Origin: Bacillota bacterium
Lineage (GTDB): Bacteria > Bacillota > Bacilli > Paenibacillales > JBEGSW01
Length of the DNA: 59,903 nucleotides
Assembly (NCBI GenBank): GCA_041179705.1
Contig: JBEGSW010000002.1
Span: 1 to 59,903, forward strand
Direction: 5' to 3'
Every line of letters starts with the position of its first letter. Positions within the stretch are counted from its first letter, which is position 1. Shown here in pieces: positions 1 through 9,681 of the stretch. The translations under genes and the position numbers were made by a program. Under the pieces are notes generated by a model. It saw only the letters and a program-made list of their open reading frames with translations, had not been told where the DNA came from and made no database searches.

Positions 1-162
1 AAAAAAACGCTACAATCACCAAAATAGGTAATTATAGCGTTCTTCGCCTGACACATATGAAATTTCCGAAAAATCAGGGCTTATTTCCGCCTAGAATTCC
101 GAAGAATTTAGAAAACTCTAAAATGAGGGCGGGTATCCGCCTTGCATTTCGGGGGTCGCGCA

Positions 163-1041
163 TTAAAGTGCTTTTACGCCATCTACTTTAACAAGTGCAC
201 GAAACTCTTGAAGTAGTTGTGTCGTGATTGGGCCTGCTTTGCCACTACCGATGATGCGGGCATCAACTTCGCGAACCGCGATAACTTCAGCTGCAGTACC
301 TGTTAAGAACACTTCGTCTGCAACATATACATCATGCAATGCGAATGGCTCTTCACGAACTTCTAAGCCCATCTTTGCACAAATTTCCATGATCGACGCA
401 CGCGTGATTCCCTCAAGCGCACCAACCCAGCTTGGAGGTGTGAACAACTTCCCGTTCTTCACGATAAAGATGTTGTCCCCAGAACCTTCCGCTACGTAAC
501 CTTGCGCATTCAACATCAACGCTTCGCCTACGCCTGCAAGGTTTGCTTGGATTTTTACCAAGATGTTGTTCAAGTAGTTCAAAGACTTAATCTTTGGATT
601 CAATGCATCTGGTACGTTACGACGTGTGGAAACGGAGACGATTTTCAAACCGTTCACATAATCTTCTTCCGCATAAATCGCCAATTGCTCAACGATAATA
701 ATTACATTCGCTACTGGGCAACGACGAGGGTCAAGACCCAAGTTACCTGTACCACGGGATACAACGAGACGAATATAACCATTGCGCATTTCGTTCTTTT
801 GTACCGCTTCGATCAATGCCGCTTCCATCTCTGCATAGGACAATGGAATTTCAAGCATAATGGACTTTGCAGAATCATAAAGACGTTGTAAATGCTCTGC
901 GCATTTGAAGATGTTGCCATCATAAATGCGGATCCCTTCGAAAATCCCGTCTCCATACAAGAAGCCGTGATCATAAACCGAAATTTGTGCGTTCTCTTTT
1001 GTTACGAATTCCCCGTTTAAATAAATCCATTGTTGTGCCAT
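163..1041 (-). CDS. ilvE: branched-chain amino acid aminotransferase (fold-type IV PLP enzyme)
   Basis: 292-aa ORF with YDHGFLYGDGIFEGIR, AEGSGDNIF and LTGTAAEV motifs typical of short IlvE-type class IV aminotransferases. Starts 9 nt downstream of pheA. Confidence 0.85.
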   Translation of the reverse strand: MAQQWIYLNGEFVTKENAQISVYDHGFLYGDGIFEGIRIYDGNIFKCAEHLQRLYDSAKSIMLEIPLSYAEMEAALIEAVQKNEMRNGYIRLVVSRGTGNLGLDPRRCPVANVIIIVEQLAIYAEEDYVNGLKIVSVSTRRNVPDALNPKIKSLNYLNNILVKIQANLAGVGEALMLNAQGYVAEGSGDNIFIVKNGKLFTPPSWVGALEGITRASIMEICAKMGLEVREEPFALHDVYVADEVFLTGTAAEVIAVREVDARIIGSGKAGPITTQLLQEFRALVKVDGVKAL

Positions 1042-1049
1042 TGTACTTG

Positions 1050-1895
1050 TTACACCTCCGAATAGTTAAAGCTAGGATAGGATCCTAGCACCCGCAACTC
1101 GCACCCAATCGCTTCGATTTCTTTCAAAGCGCCGCGTAGAAGCACGGAATCCATACTGTCTTCAATATCAATATAGAAATAATAATTACCTAGTTGCTTT
1201 CTTGTCGGACGAGACTCAATCCGAGACAAGTTAATACGGCGCCAAGCAAAAGCCGATAACACCTGATGCAACGCCCCCGGATAATCTTCAGGTAACGTGA
1301 TGAGAATCGATGTCTTAAGATGTTCCGAACGTTTACCATTCAGCTCTTTCGGACCAACCAGCAAGAAGCGAGTCATATTATTCTCATGATCCCCGATGTC
1401 CTTCGCAAGAACCGTCAAACCGTGAATGTCCGCCGCAAGTTGCGTCCCGACAGCAACCCAATTCGGATTACCCTCACGTTGCACTTGCTTCACACCTTCA
1501 ACCGTGCTGCTAACGACTTCCTTCTCCGCATGCGACAAATTCGCTTTCAAATACTCCCGACATTGCGCAATCGCCACTTGGTGCGACAACACTTTCTCGA
1601 CCGCAGCCAAATCTGTGTCCGGAAACCCAATCAAATTCTGCGTCGGCGGGAACACCCACTCGGCTTGAATCGGCAAATCCATGTCATGAATCATAAAATC
1701 CAAATGAGCGGAAACCGAACCTTCAATCGTATTCTCGATCGGCACGACACAATAATCCGTATCCCCGTTCGCAGTCGAAAGGCACACATCGGTTATGAGT
1801 TTGTAGTAAACCAATTCATATTCAAGCCCACGTAGAAGATGGCGGACAGCTTCGTCCGACACACTACCTTGGGGCAAAACGGCTACTTTAATCAC
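1050..1895 (-). CDS. pheA: prephenate dehydratase with C-terminal ACT domain
   Basis: 281 aa with a TRFLLVG motif and the ESRP motif (LSRIESRPTRK) of PheA. Overlaps the thrB 3' end by 8 nt. Confidence 0.9.
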   Translation of the reverse strand: MIKVAVLPQGSVSDEAVRHLLRGLEYELVYYKLITDVCLSTANGDTDYCVVPIENTIEGSVSAHLDFMIHDMDLPIQAEWVFPPTQNLIGFPDTDLAAVEKVLSHQVAIAQCREYLKANLSHAEKEVVSSTVEGVKQVQREGNPNWVAVGTQLAADIHGLTVLAKDIGDHENNMTRFLLVGPKELNGKRSEHLKTSILITLPEDYPGALHQVLSAFAWRRINLSRIESRPTRKQLGNYYFYIDIEDSMDSVLLRGALKEIEAIGCELRVLGSYPSFNYSEV

Positions 1896-2874
1896 GCCCG
1901 ATTGCTCCTTTTAACTTTTCGATAAATGTACCGTTATTCCCTGCCACTGTCAATATTTCAGCGCCTTTCGCAGCTGGGGTGAGCCAGTGCGATTGGACAT
2001 CAATATTTTGTTCAGCAAAAGCTTGTCGCATGAAGTTTTCCAACCCTTGTTTGGATTCTTCTGCACTCGCACGATCAACAAATGCGATAACCGTTGGCCC
2101 TGCCCCACTTAGTGCTGCACCTAGCGCACCATGCTCGCTTGCCTTTGCAAGAATCTTACGCATGCCAGGTACCAATTCCATCCGGTATGGCTGATGTAAG
2201 CGATCTTTCATCGCATGACGAATCATTTGCAAATCACCCGTACATAGTGCCGCGACCAATACCGAAGCATGTCCAATGTTGAAGACTGCGTCAGCCATCG
2301 ACAATTGCTTAGGCAACGCGTTACGCGCTTTTTCCGTCGACAATTGGAACGAAGGGACCATCACCAACGTCGTCAAATTTGCATCCGGTTTAATCCGCAC
2401 CACTTCCGCCCGAGCGCCATCCCAAAACGCTGCAACAATCCCACCAAACAATGCCGCACCGACATTATCTGGGTGACCTTCCATCGCGCTAGATAGTTCA
2501 AACAACCGTTGCTCGGACAATTGCTTGTCTGGTGCAATCAACGCATTTGCCGCGACCATACCAGCAATAATTGCCGAGGCACTTGAGCCCAAACCACGCG
2601 TCAATGGAATCTCACTATATACATCCATCTTCAGATGCGGATGGGAGACTCCCGCTTCCGCAAACACTTGTTGTGCGACTTTATAAATTAAGTTACGCTC
2701 ATCCGTCGGAATGCCGTTTAAGTTATCGCCGTGTAAATGAACAACTGTAGGGCCTTCCGCCGCAATCGTCATCTCTACGTAGATGTACATTGCAAGCGCC
2801 ATCCCGAGTGCATCAAAGCCCGGGCCTAAATTCGCCGTACTTGCCGGCACTCTTACGAGGACGGAATTCGCCAT
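1888..2874 (-). CDS. thrB: homoserine kinase (GHMP kinase)
   Basis: STANLGPGFD N-terminal motif and PLTRGLGSSASAI GHMP motif. The ORF track starts at a GTG at 2886. I prefer the ATG at 2874, which has AGGTGG 9 nt upstream and lies just after the thrC stop. Confidence 0.85.
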   Translation of the reverse strand: MANSVLVRVPASTANLGPGFDALGMALAMYIYVEMTIAAEGPTVVHLHGDNLNGIPTDERNLIYKVAQQVFAEAGVSHPHLKMDVYSEIPLTRGLGSSASAIIAGMVAANALIAPDKQLSEQRLFELSSAMEGHPDNVGAALFGGIVAAFWDGARAEVVRIKPDANLTTLVMVPSFQLSTEKARNALPKQLSMADAVFNIGHASVLVAALCTGDLQMIRHAMKDRLHQPYRMELVPGMRKILAKASEHGALGAALSGAGPTVIAFVDRASAEESKQGLENFMRQAFAEQNIDVQSHWLTPAAKGAEILTVAGNNGTFIEKLKGAIGRD

Positions 2875-2875
2875 A

Positions 2876-3943
2876 TTAGTGGCCACCTAACTTCGCGATC
2901 GCTTCCATTACAGCTGCTTCAGTATCTTGAACGACTACCGCTTCGCTGTTTACTGCTTTAATCGCATTGTTTGGATCTTTTAAACCGTTCCCTGTTAAGA
3001 CGCAAACGATTTTGGACCCTTCTTTGAAGTAACCTTCTTTATTCAACTTGATTACACCTGCGATGGATGCAGCAGAAGCTGGTTCTGCAAACACGCCTTC
3101 TTTCGCAGCGATCAATTTATATGCTTCGATAATTTCATCGTCTGTTACATAGTTAATCTGACCTTTGGATTCATTCGCAGCATTAACCGCACCTTCCCAG
3201 CTCGCTGGGTTACCGATACGAATCGCTGTTGCAATTGTCTCAGGCTCTAAGATTGGCTCACCTTTTACGATTGCCATTGAACCTTCTGCTTCGAAACCAA
3301 TCATTTGTGGTAATTTCGTGGATTTACCAGCTGCTTTGTACTCCTTGAATCCTTTCCAATAAGCAGTAATGTTACCTGCGTTACCTACTGGAATCGCTAA
3401 GAAATCTGGTGCGTCGCCCAATTGATCACACACTTCAAATGCTGCTGTCTTTTGCCCTTCAATACGGTAAGGGTTTACCGAGTTAACCAAAGTAATTGGG
3501 TGTTTCGCCGTAATTTCACGAACGATTTCAAGTGCACGGTCGAAGTTACCTTCAATTGCGATTACTTTCGCACCGTAAATGATGGCTTGCGCCAATTTCC
3601 CAAGTGCAATGTTGTTGTTCGGAATAATAACGATACAGTTCAAACCTGCACGTGCTGCATATGCTGCCGCTGCTGCAGATGTGTTACCTGTAGATGCACA
3701 CATGATTGTTGTGCTGCCTTCTTCGATTGCTTTGGCAACAGCCATAACCATCCCGCGGTCTTTGAAAGAGCCCGTTGGGTTTAAACCTTCGTATTTAAAG
3801 TAGATGTCCAACTTCAATTCATCAGATAGACGATCTGCTCGAATCAAAGGTGTGTTCCCTTCGCTAAGGTTCAAGTTCGGTGTCTTTTCAGTAACCGGTA
3901 AGTATTGGCCATATCTTTGAATTAATCCTGTATAACGATTCAT
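2876..3943 (-). CDS. thrC: threonine synthase
   Basis: 355 aa with the PLP-lysine motif [16 protein letters not shown]. Sits between hom and thrB. Confidence 0.9.
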   Translation of the reverse strand: MNRYTGLIQRYGQYLPVTEKTPNLNLSEGNTPLIRADRLSDELKLDIYFKYEGLNPTGSFKDRGMVMAVAKAIEEGSTTIMCASTGNTSAAAAAYAARAGLNCIVIIPNNNIALGKLAQAIIYGAKVIAIEGNFDRALEIVREITAKHPITLVNSVNPYRIEGQKTAAFEVCDQLGDAPDFLAIPVGNAGNITAYWKGFKEYKAAGKSTKLPQMIGFEAEGSMAIVKGEPILEPETIATAIRIGNPASWEGAVNAANESKGQINYVTDDEIIEAYKLIAAKEGVFAEPASAASIAGVIKLNKEGYFKEGSKIVCVLTGNGLKDPNNAIKAVNSEAVVVQDTEAAVMEAIAKLGGH

Positions 3944-3985
3944 TTCATTACGCTCCTCTATCTTGATTGATCTATTTGCTGTTTC

Positions 3986-5272
3986 TTAACCTTCTACGCG
4001 ATATACACTCTTTATTTCTTTAACAACATCCATGCCACCCAATTGTGCCAGCACTTTCTTCATGCTAGCCTTCGTCGCATCGTGTGTGATGATGATTACT
4101 TCAGCTTGTGCAGTGGCTTCATTCGGTTGCTGCAATACGGACCCTAAACTTACCGCATGCTCAGCAAACACTTGCGTAATCTGCGCCAACACGCCCGCTT
4201 TATCAGCCACATGTAACAAGATGAAATTCTTGTTGGAAACTTCATCGTCGGATTTCAACGTCTTTTCCTTCGCAGCGACAAATGTACTTTGGCCACTTAC
4301 ACCCAACTTAATATTCTTCGCGACAGCAACAACGTCAGCTACAACGGAAGTTGCTGTTGGCAACTCTCCTGCGCCTGGCCCATAGAACATTGTCTCACCG
4401 ACCATGTTCCCGAATACGTAAACCGCATTGAAGACGCCATTTACCGAAGCAAGAGGATGTGTGTTCTTTACCATCGTCGGTTGAACGCTTAAGCTAATCG
4501 CGCCATTGTCGTTCTCAGCAATACCAAGCAACTTCACTTCATAGCCTAGCTTCTTGGCAAATGCGATATCTTCTTTGCTTACCTTCGTAATCCCGGTACG
4601 ATCAACATCTTGCATTGCGACGTTCACATGGAAACCCAGCGTCCCAAGTATCGTCATCTTATATGCAGCGTCAATCCCTTCCACATCGGAAGTTGGATCA
4701 GCTTCTGCATAACCGAGTGCTTGTGCTTCTTTCAATACATCTTCGTAAGCGACGCCTTCTTGGCTCATCTTCGTTAAGATATAGTTGGTAGTCCCATTCA
4801 CAATCCCGATAATCTTCGAAATACGGTCTGAGGAGAACCCTTGCACCAACGTGCGTAAGATTGGAATACCGCCCGCAACAGATGCTTCGTAGAATACATC
4901 GCAGCCCTTCGCTTTGGCTTTGGCCGTCACTTCGGCACCATATTGCGCCATTAAATCTTTATTGGCCGTTACGATGTGCTTCCCTTGTTCCAGCGCATCC
5001 AAGATGTATTGCTTCGCCAGCGTTGTCCCACCTATCACTTCAACAATGACATCAATCGTTGGATCATTAATTATATCGTATGCATCTTCCGTTAATTGCT
5101 CTGGCGCGATGGCAATGTTACGTGATTTCTTCTTGTCACGAACGAGCACTTTCGCTATTTCTAAAGGACTGCCGACTTGACGTTCTAAGTCTGCGCTGTG
5201 CTCTTGCACAATGCGCAAGACGCCTGTTCCGACTGTACCTAATCCAAGTAGACCTAATCGAATTGCTTTCAT
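3986..5272 (-). CDS. hom: homoserine dehydrogenase with C-terminal ACT domain
   Basis: NAD-binding LGLLGLGTVGTG motif. The ORF track starts at a TTG at 5305. The ATG at 5272 (MKAIRLG...) has a TAGGAGG RBS 9 nt upstream. Confidence 0.9.
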   Translation of the reverse strand: MKAIRLGLLGLGTVGTGVLRIVQEHSADLERQVGSPLEIAKVLVRDKKKSRNIAIAPEQLTEDAYDIINDPTIDVIVEVIGGTTLAKQYILDALEQGKHIVTANKDLMAQYGAEVTAKAKAKGCDVFYEASVAGGIPILRTLVQGFSSDRISKIIGIVNGTTNYILTKMSQEGVAYEDVLKEAQALGYAEADPTSDVEGIDAAYKMTILGTLGFHVNVAMQDVDRTGITKVSKEDIAFAKKLGYEVKLLGIAENDNGAISLSVQPTMVKNTHPLASVNGVFNAVYVFGNMVGETMFYGPGAGELPTATSVVADVVAVAKNIKLGVSGQSTFVAAKEKTLKSDDEVSNKNFILLHVADKAGVLAQITQVFAEHAVSLGSVLQQPNEATAQAEVIIITHDATKASMKKVLAQLGGMDVVKEIKSVYRVEG

Positions 5273-5342
5273 CTTGTTGCTGCCTCCTAGCGAGTCTTCA
5301 CTCAACCTTAATATTATAACAGAAAATTACATGTAAAGTTCA

Positions 5343-5798
5343 TTAATCTTGACCAATCACGTGTGCTTTTCGAACGCCCTCTAAGCGACGCAATGCCGAC
5401 ATAAACCGATTCAATTGTTCGCCCATGCCAGTTGTGTCGACGGAAATAACAACGTTCGCTAGCCCTTGCAATGGAATCGACTGATTAATTGTCAAAACGT
5501 TCCCCTCAAACGTCGCAACCAATTGCAACACTTTAGACAACATCCCCGCTCGGTGCTCCAAATTCATCGAAATCGTTACAATCCGATCACGCTCCAACTT
5601 ACTAAGCGAAAATACACCTTCTTTATATTTGTAAAAAGCACTTCGACTTATCCCAACCAATTCGACCGCTTCATGAATCGTCGCGACTTCGCCAGACTCC
5701 AACATCCGCTTCGCCTCAAATGTCTTCACGATGCCCTCCGGCAATAAGTCTTCGCGCACCAACAAATACCGCTGGTCTTGTTTTACTTCCTCTTCCAT
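5343..5798 (-). CDS. pheB: ACT domain protein (UPF0735 / PheB-like)
   Basis: 151 aa with an N-terminal HTH-like segment plus an ACT fold. Lies immediately downstream of obg, as pheB does in B. subtilis. Confidence 0.7.
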   Translation of the reverse strand: MEEEVKQDQRYLLVREDLLPEGIVKTFEAKRMLESGEVATIHEAVELVGISRSAFYKYKEGVFSLSKLERDRIVTISMNLEHRAGMLSKVLQLVATFEGNVLTINQSIPLQGLANVVISVDTTGMGEQLNRFMSALRRLEGVRKAHVIGQD

Positions 5799-5848
5799 GC
5801 TTTTTTCACCGTCCTTGTATAGTGGACATTTGTATTCACATAGTGGAC

Positions 5849-5877
5849 ATTATACCGAACATTCTTCGCTGCCACAA
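5849..5877 (-). promoter_or_regulatory. sigma-A-type promoter of the pheB-hom-thrCB-pheA-ilvE unit
   Basis: On the minus strand, TTGTGG (5877-5872), a 17-nt spacer, then TATAAT (5854-5849). Lies between the obg terminator and the pheB start. Confidence 0.5.
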
Positions 5878-5891
5878 CCCCTAATGTACAC

Positions 5892-5934
5892 AAAAAAACG
5901 TTTGCAGGATCTGAATTTCCAGACTGCAAACGTT
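5892..5934 (-). terminator. rho-independent terminator after obg
   Basis: 11-bp stem AACGTTTGCAG/CTGCAAACGTT followed by a 7-T run on the minus strand, directly 3' of the obg stop. Confidence 0.65.
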
Positions 5935-5939
5935 ATTTA

Positions 5940-7241
5940 TTAGCCGCGTTCCATGAATTCGAACTCGAAGTCACCAATACGGATGATTGTGCCATCAATT
6001 GCGCCTGCTTTACGAAGGGCATCGTCAACACCACGTAGACGCATAATACGTGCGAAACGCATCATAGAATCTTGTGAGTTCAAGTTAACACGCTTCAAGA
6101 TATTTTCAATCGAGACACTCTCAATGATGAACATATCATTCTCACGACGGATTGTGTAATCGTCATCGATGTCATCGTCCAACGTGTAAACTTTACGATC
6201 ATCTTTCAAAACAAGATCTTCAATCAATGCTGTCGCAGGGATTGTCTCTAGCTCATCCATCACGCGGTACATTAATTGTTGTAAACCTGTACGAGAAACT
6301 GCGGAGATTTCAAACACTTCATGATCAATGCCAGCTTCTGCCAATTGCTCACGGAACAACACTAAGTTATCATCAGCACCTGGCATATCCATCTTGTTGG
6401 CTACGATAATTTGTTTGCGCTCCACCAATTTCGGATTGTACAATTTCAATTCTTCGTTGATTTGGAGATAATCTTGCCAAGGGTCGCGATACTCGGTTGC
6501 TGCCATATCAATGACATGCAAAATCAATCGCGTTCGCTCGACGTGACGAAGGAACTCATGTCCTAAGCCAACACCTTCATGTGCACCTTCAATTAACCCA
6601 GGCAAATCCGCTAATACAAAACTGCGTCCATCGCCCACATCAACGACACCTAGGTTAGGCGTAATCGTTGTAAAGTGATAAGCGCCAATCTTCGGTTGTG
6701 CTGCTGTCACAACGGACAACAACGTCGATTTCCCAACAGATGGGAAACCTACAAGACCAACGTCAGCCATTACCTTTAACTCAAGGATAATGTAACGTTC
6801 TTGGCCAGGCTCACCGTTTTCGGAAATGTAAGGGGCTGGGTTCGCTGCAGAAGCAAAGCGCGTGTTCCCACGTCCGCCTTTACCACCTCGAGCAATCACG
6901 ACTTCTTGCCCATGCTCGACCATGTCCGCAATGACTTGATGCGAATCTTCATCGACCACGATTGTCCCTGGTGGAACGCGAACGATCATATCGTCTGCGC
7001 CAGCACCATGCATACATTTCACTTTGCCTTTCTCACCACGTTGGGCTTTGAAATGGCGTTGATATTTGAAGTCGATCAACGTTCGTAAACCTTCATCAAC
7101 ACGGAAGATCACGTCGCCCCCACGGCCACCATCGCCACCGGAAGGACCTCCTTCCGATACATACTTCTCACGACGAAACGCGATTAATCCATCGCCACCG
7201 TCGCCGCCTTTCACATATACTTTCGCCTTGTCTACAAACAC
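5940..7241 (-). CDS. obg: GTPase Obg/CgtA
   Basis: Glycine-rich Obg fold (KGGDGGDG), G1 motif [22 protein letters not shown], and a C-terminal OCT domain. 433 aa. Confidence 0.95.
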   Translation of the reverse strand: MFVDKAKVYVKGGDGGDGLIAFRREKYVSEGGPSGGDGGRGGDVIFRVDEGLRTLIDFKYQRHFKAQRGEKGKVKCMHGAGADDMIVRVPPGTIVVDEDSHQVIADMVEHGQEVVIARGGKGGRGNTRFASAANPAPYISENGEPGQERYIILELKVMADVGLVGFPSVGKSTLLSVVTAAQPKIGAYHFTTITPNLGVVDVGDGRSFVLADLPGLIEGAHEGVGLGHEFLRHVERTRLILHVIDMAATEYRDPWQDYLQINEELKLYNPKLVERKQIIVANKMDMPGADDNLVLFREQLAEAGIDHEVFEISAVSRTGLQQLMYRVMDELETIPATALIEDLVLKDDRKVYTLDDDIDDDYTIRRENDMFIIESVSIENILKRVNLNSQDSMMRFARIMRLRGVDDALRKAGAIDGTIIRIGDFEFEFMERG

Positions 7242-7244
7242 GGA

Positions 7245-7721
7245 CTATTCCACCTCGTTCCATTGCAGTTGACCTTGGCCAACCACTTCTTGTCCATCAT
7301 TGAAGCGCAAACGTACCAACCACTTATCTGGTAATTGTTCGAACTTCACATAGAGTCTGTTCTCTTCATTATACGACGTCTTTGCAGAAGCCGTAATTTC
7401 TTTTATATTCACATCTAACCAGTCAAGCATCCGATCAAGCGCCAAGTCTGAACCCTTGAATTCGTAGGACTGCTCCAAGTCGATGTTGAGTTCATAGTCA
7501 GTTGTAACACTTTCGAGTACAAATAAATAAATAGAGAGACGCGGGGTATTCCCACGAAGATATGCACCTGCTTTATCCGTCTTTACGACCATGCGTTGTG
7601 CTACTTCTTTTAGTCTATCCAACTTTCCGAGTTGGATGTAGCCGAGAATTAGTTGAAGGTCATTCAACCAATCATGCTTACGGTGATGTAACGCCTTGAT
7701 GATCATCTTCTCATCCATCAT
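7245..7721 (-). CDS. spo0B: sporulation initiation phosphotransferase B
   Basis: HHRKHDWLNDLQLILGYIQLGK matches the phospho-His helix of Spo0B, and the gene sits between rpmA and obg. The ORF track starts at a TTG at 7739. The ATG at 7721 has GGAGAG 7 nt upstream. Confidence 0.8.
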   Translation of the reverse strand: MMDEKMIIKALHHRKHDWLNDLQLILGYIQLGKLDRLKEVAQRMVVKTDKAGAYLRGNTPRLSIYLFVLESVTTDYELNIDLEQSYEFKGSDLALDRMLDWLDVNIKEITASAKTSYNEENRLYVKFEQLPDKWLVRLRFNDGQEVVGQGQLQWNEVE

Positions 7722-7740
7722 ATCCCTACTCTCCTGCAAT

Positions 7741-7768
7741 AAAAAAAGCGCGTGAATGTCACGCGCTC
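7741..7768 (-). terminator. terminator/attenuator after rpmA
   Basis: GC-rich stem GCGCGTGA/TCACGCGC with a 3-nt loop, followed by a 6-T run on the minus strand. Confidence 0.7.
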
Positions 7769-7775
7769 TTCCTCA

Positions 7776-8066
7776 TTACGCTTCTACAGCTACAGGGTAA
7801 ACGCTGACTTTCTTACGGTCACGACCCCAACGCTCGAACTTAACAGTACCTTCAACCAATGCGAACAATGTGTCATCGGAACCGATGCCTACGTTCGTAC
7901 CAGGATGAATCTTAGTACCGCGTTGACGGTAAAGAATATTACCAGCTTTCACGACTTGTCCGTCTGCACGCTTCGCGCCTAAACGCTTGGAGTGCGAATC
8001 ACGACCGTTCTTCGTGGAACCTACACCCTTCTTGGATGCGAAAAACTGAAGATTCAATTGCAACAT
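7776..8066 (-). CDS. rpmA: 50S ribosomal protein L27 with cleavable N-terminal extension
   Basis: The [25 protein letters not shown]-terminus is the Firmicute pro-L27 form that Prp processes. Confidence 0.95.
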   Translation of the reverse strand: MLQLNLQFFASKKGVGSTKNGRDSHSKRLGAKRADGQVVKAGNILYRQRGTKIHPGTNVGIGSDDTLFALVEGTVKFERWGRDRKKVSVYPVAVEA

Positions 8067-8078
8067 GGGAAACCCTCC

Positions 8079-8417
8079 TTATTTAACGATTTCGTTCATT
8101 TTCAAATACTTCCCATAGGAAGCACGTATTGTGTCTAAACTAACAAGCATGGCCTCTAACAATAATTGCACCTGCTCGCTCTTCTGTCTATCGGTAATGT
8201 CTGGAACTTGAACATGCAAGTCACCATCGCCGGCAGATTGAATCCCAAGCTTGATGCCCGTTAGCGCTTCGACGGAATTGACACTCCCGAAACTTACAGC
8301 CGATACACCTGCACACACGATATCTTGTCCATACTCACCGAAGTTAGCATGACCAGTCATATCGAAGCCGGTGATGAAGGTACTCGTCGGATCTCTGTGA
8401 ATAGTCACCTTGATCAT
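8079..8417 (-). CDS. prp: ribosomal-processing cysteine protease Prp (YsxB)
   Basis: 112 aa with a His/Cys dyad context (TGHANF..., DIVCAGVS). Lies between rplU and rpmA. Confidence 0.85.
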   Translation of the reverse strand: MIKVTIHRDPTSTFITGFDMTGHANFGEYGQDIVCAGVSAVSFGSVNSVEALTGIKLGIQSAGDGDLHVQVPDITDRQKSEQVQLLLEAMLVSLDTIRASYGKYLKMNEIVK

Positions 8418-8431
8418 GTCGGTTGCCCCTC

Positions 8432-8743
8432 TTACGCGTTGATCTTTTCGATTACAACTTTAGTGTAAGGTTGACGATGACCTTGCTTACGACGGTAGTT
8501 CTTCTTCGCTTTGTACTTGTAAACGATAATTTTCTTGTCTTTACCTTGCTTCTCAACTTTAGCTGTAACTTTCGCACCTTCAACAAGTGGAGCGCCCGCT
8601 ACTAAACCTTTGTCACCAGAAACTAGTAAAACTTGATCAAACGTTACAACTTCACCTTCAGCTGCTTCTAATTTCTCAATGAAAAGCACGTCGCCTTCGG
8701 ATACTTTGTATTGCTTGCCACCAGTTACGATAATTGCGTACAT
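8432..8743 (-). CDS. rplU: 50S ribosomal protein L21
   Basis: [15 protein letters not shown]-terminus. The ATG at 8743 has a GAGGAGG RBS. The ORF-track start at 8761 is an upstream extension. Confidence 0.95.
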   Translation of the reverse strand: MYAIIVTGGKQYKVSEGDVLFIEKLEAAEGEVVTFDQVLLVSGDKGLVAGAPLVEGAKVTAKVEKQGKDKKIIVYKYKAKKNYRRKQGHRQPYTKVVIEKINA

Positions 8744-8868
8744 TCTGTTGCACCTCCTCAACTCTTAGACTCGCCTATGCTCAGGTGAAATGCACGAAGC
8801 ATTTTCTTCACGACCCAGACAGTGCGGTTGCAGCATGTGACGAAGCACACACTCGAGATAAAATCATA
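8744..8868 (-). ncRNA. probable L21 (rplU) ribosomal-protein leader
   Basis: A structured, non-coding region of about 125 nt lies 5' of rplU, where low-GC Gram-positives carry the L21 leader. The call rests on position and visible local complementarity only. No covariance model was run. Confidence 0.4.
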
Positions 8869-9681
8869 TCACAGTTTATGCCGCGTTGCAATACTTTTCA
8901 CATGCCAATACAACTGGAGAAATCTAGCTTCTGTGACAACGCGATTCCCGATATAAATCACATGATTTTTTCCACGCACAAAACGGCGAACGACCTTTTC
9001 TACACCTACTTCTCGATTCACCACTATCTTGGACAAAGGCCGATTGCCCGACTTGCGATGTAATAAAAATCGTCGGAATTGGTAGGGCACATGTTTCCAA
9101 GCTTGCCAGTTGCTATAAATCACAAATGTGCTAATTGTAGCAAGATTGAGCGCCAGACCACCGTTGCGGACAACCATGATCGAAGTGACAAGGCCAATTA
9201 TACCGATTGTAACGCTCCATGCTGCAGACCAACGAAGCAATTGATAATAACGCAACCAGTAACTGCATATTGCTGTGAACAGTTTGCCGCCGTCTAGCGG
9301 ATTCACCGGTATTAAGTTAAATAGCGCCATGAATACATTAGCTTCGATAAACGTGGTTGCTGCTAGTGGTGAGAGGATGCCGTTTTTGAAAAGCACAACG
9401 GTGATGAGGATTGCCCAGATATGTTGGCAGGGACCGGCAAGCGTAACGAGGATTTCTTGGTAGATTGGTGTTGATGCGGCTTCATCGACGACAAGTACAC
9501 CACCGAAAGGCAACAGTAGAATTTCACGAATACGCCAGCGGAATGCTTTCGCCATGAGAAAATGCCCGAGTTCATGCCAAAGTGCGAGTCCGAATAGCGT
9601 TAGTAATTCTACGACTTGTCCACCGAGGAGGGCGATTAGCACGATGATTCCGCTAAGTGGATGGAATCTAATCAAAGCCAA
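8869..9681 (-). CDS. spoIVFB: site-2 metalloprotease SpoIVFB (pro-sigma-K processing)
   Basis: HELGH zinc motif and NLIPVNPLDGG (LDG) motif in a multi-TM protein. Overlaps the spoIVFA 3' end. Confidence 0.85.
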   Translation of the reverse strand: MALIRFHPLSGIIVLIALLGGQVVELLTLFGLALWHELGHFLMAKAFRWRIREILLLPFGGVLVVDEAASTPIYQEILVTLAGPCQHIWAILITVVLFKNGILSPLAATTFIEANVFMALFNLIPVNPLDGGKLFTAICSYWLRYYQLLRWSAAWSVTIGIIGLVTSIMVVRNGGLALNLATISTFVIYSNWQAWKHVPYQFRRFLLHRKSGNRPLSKIVVNREVGVEKVVRRFVRGKNHVIYIGNRVVTEARFLQLYWHVKSIATRHKL

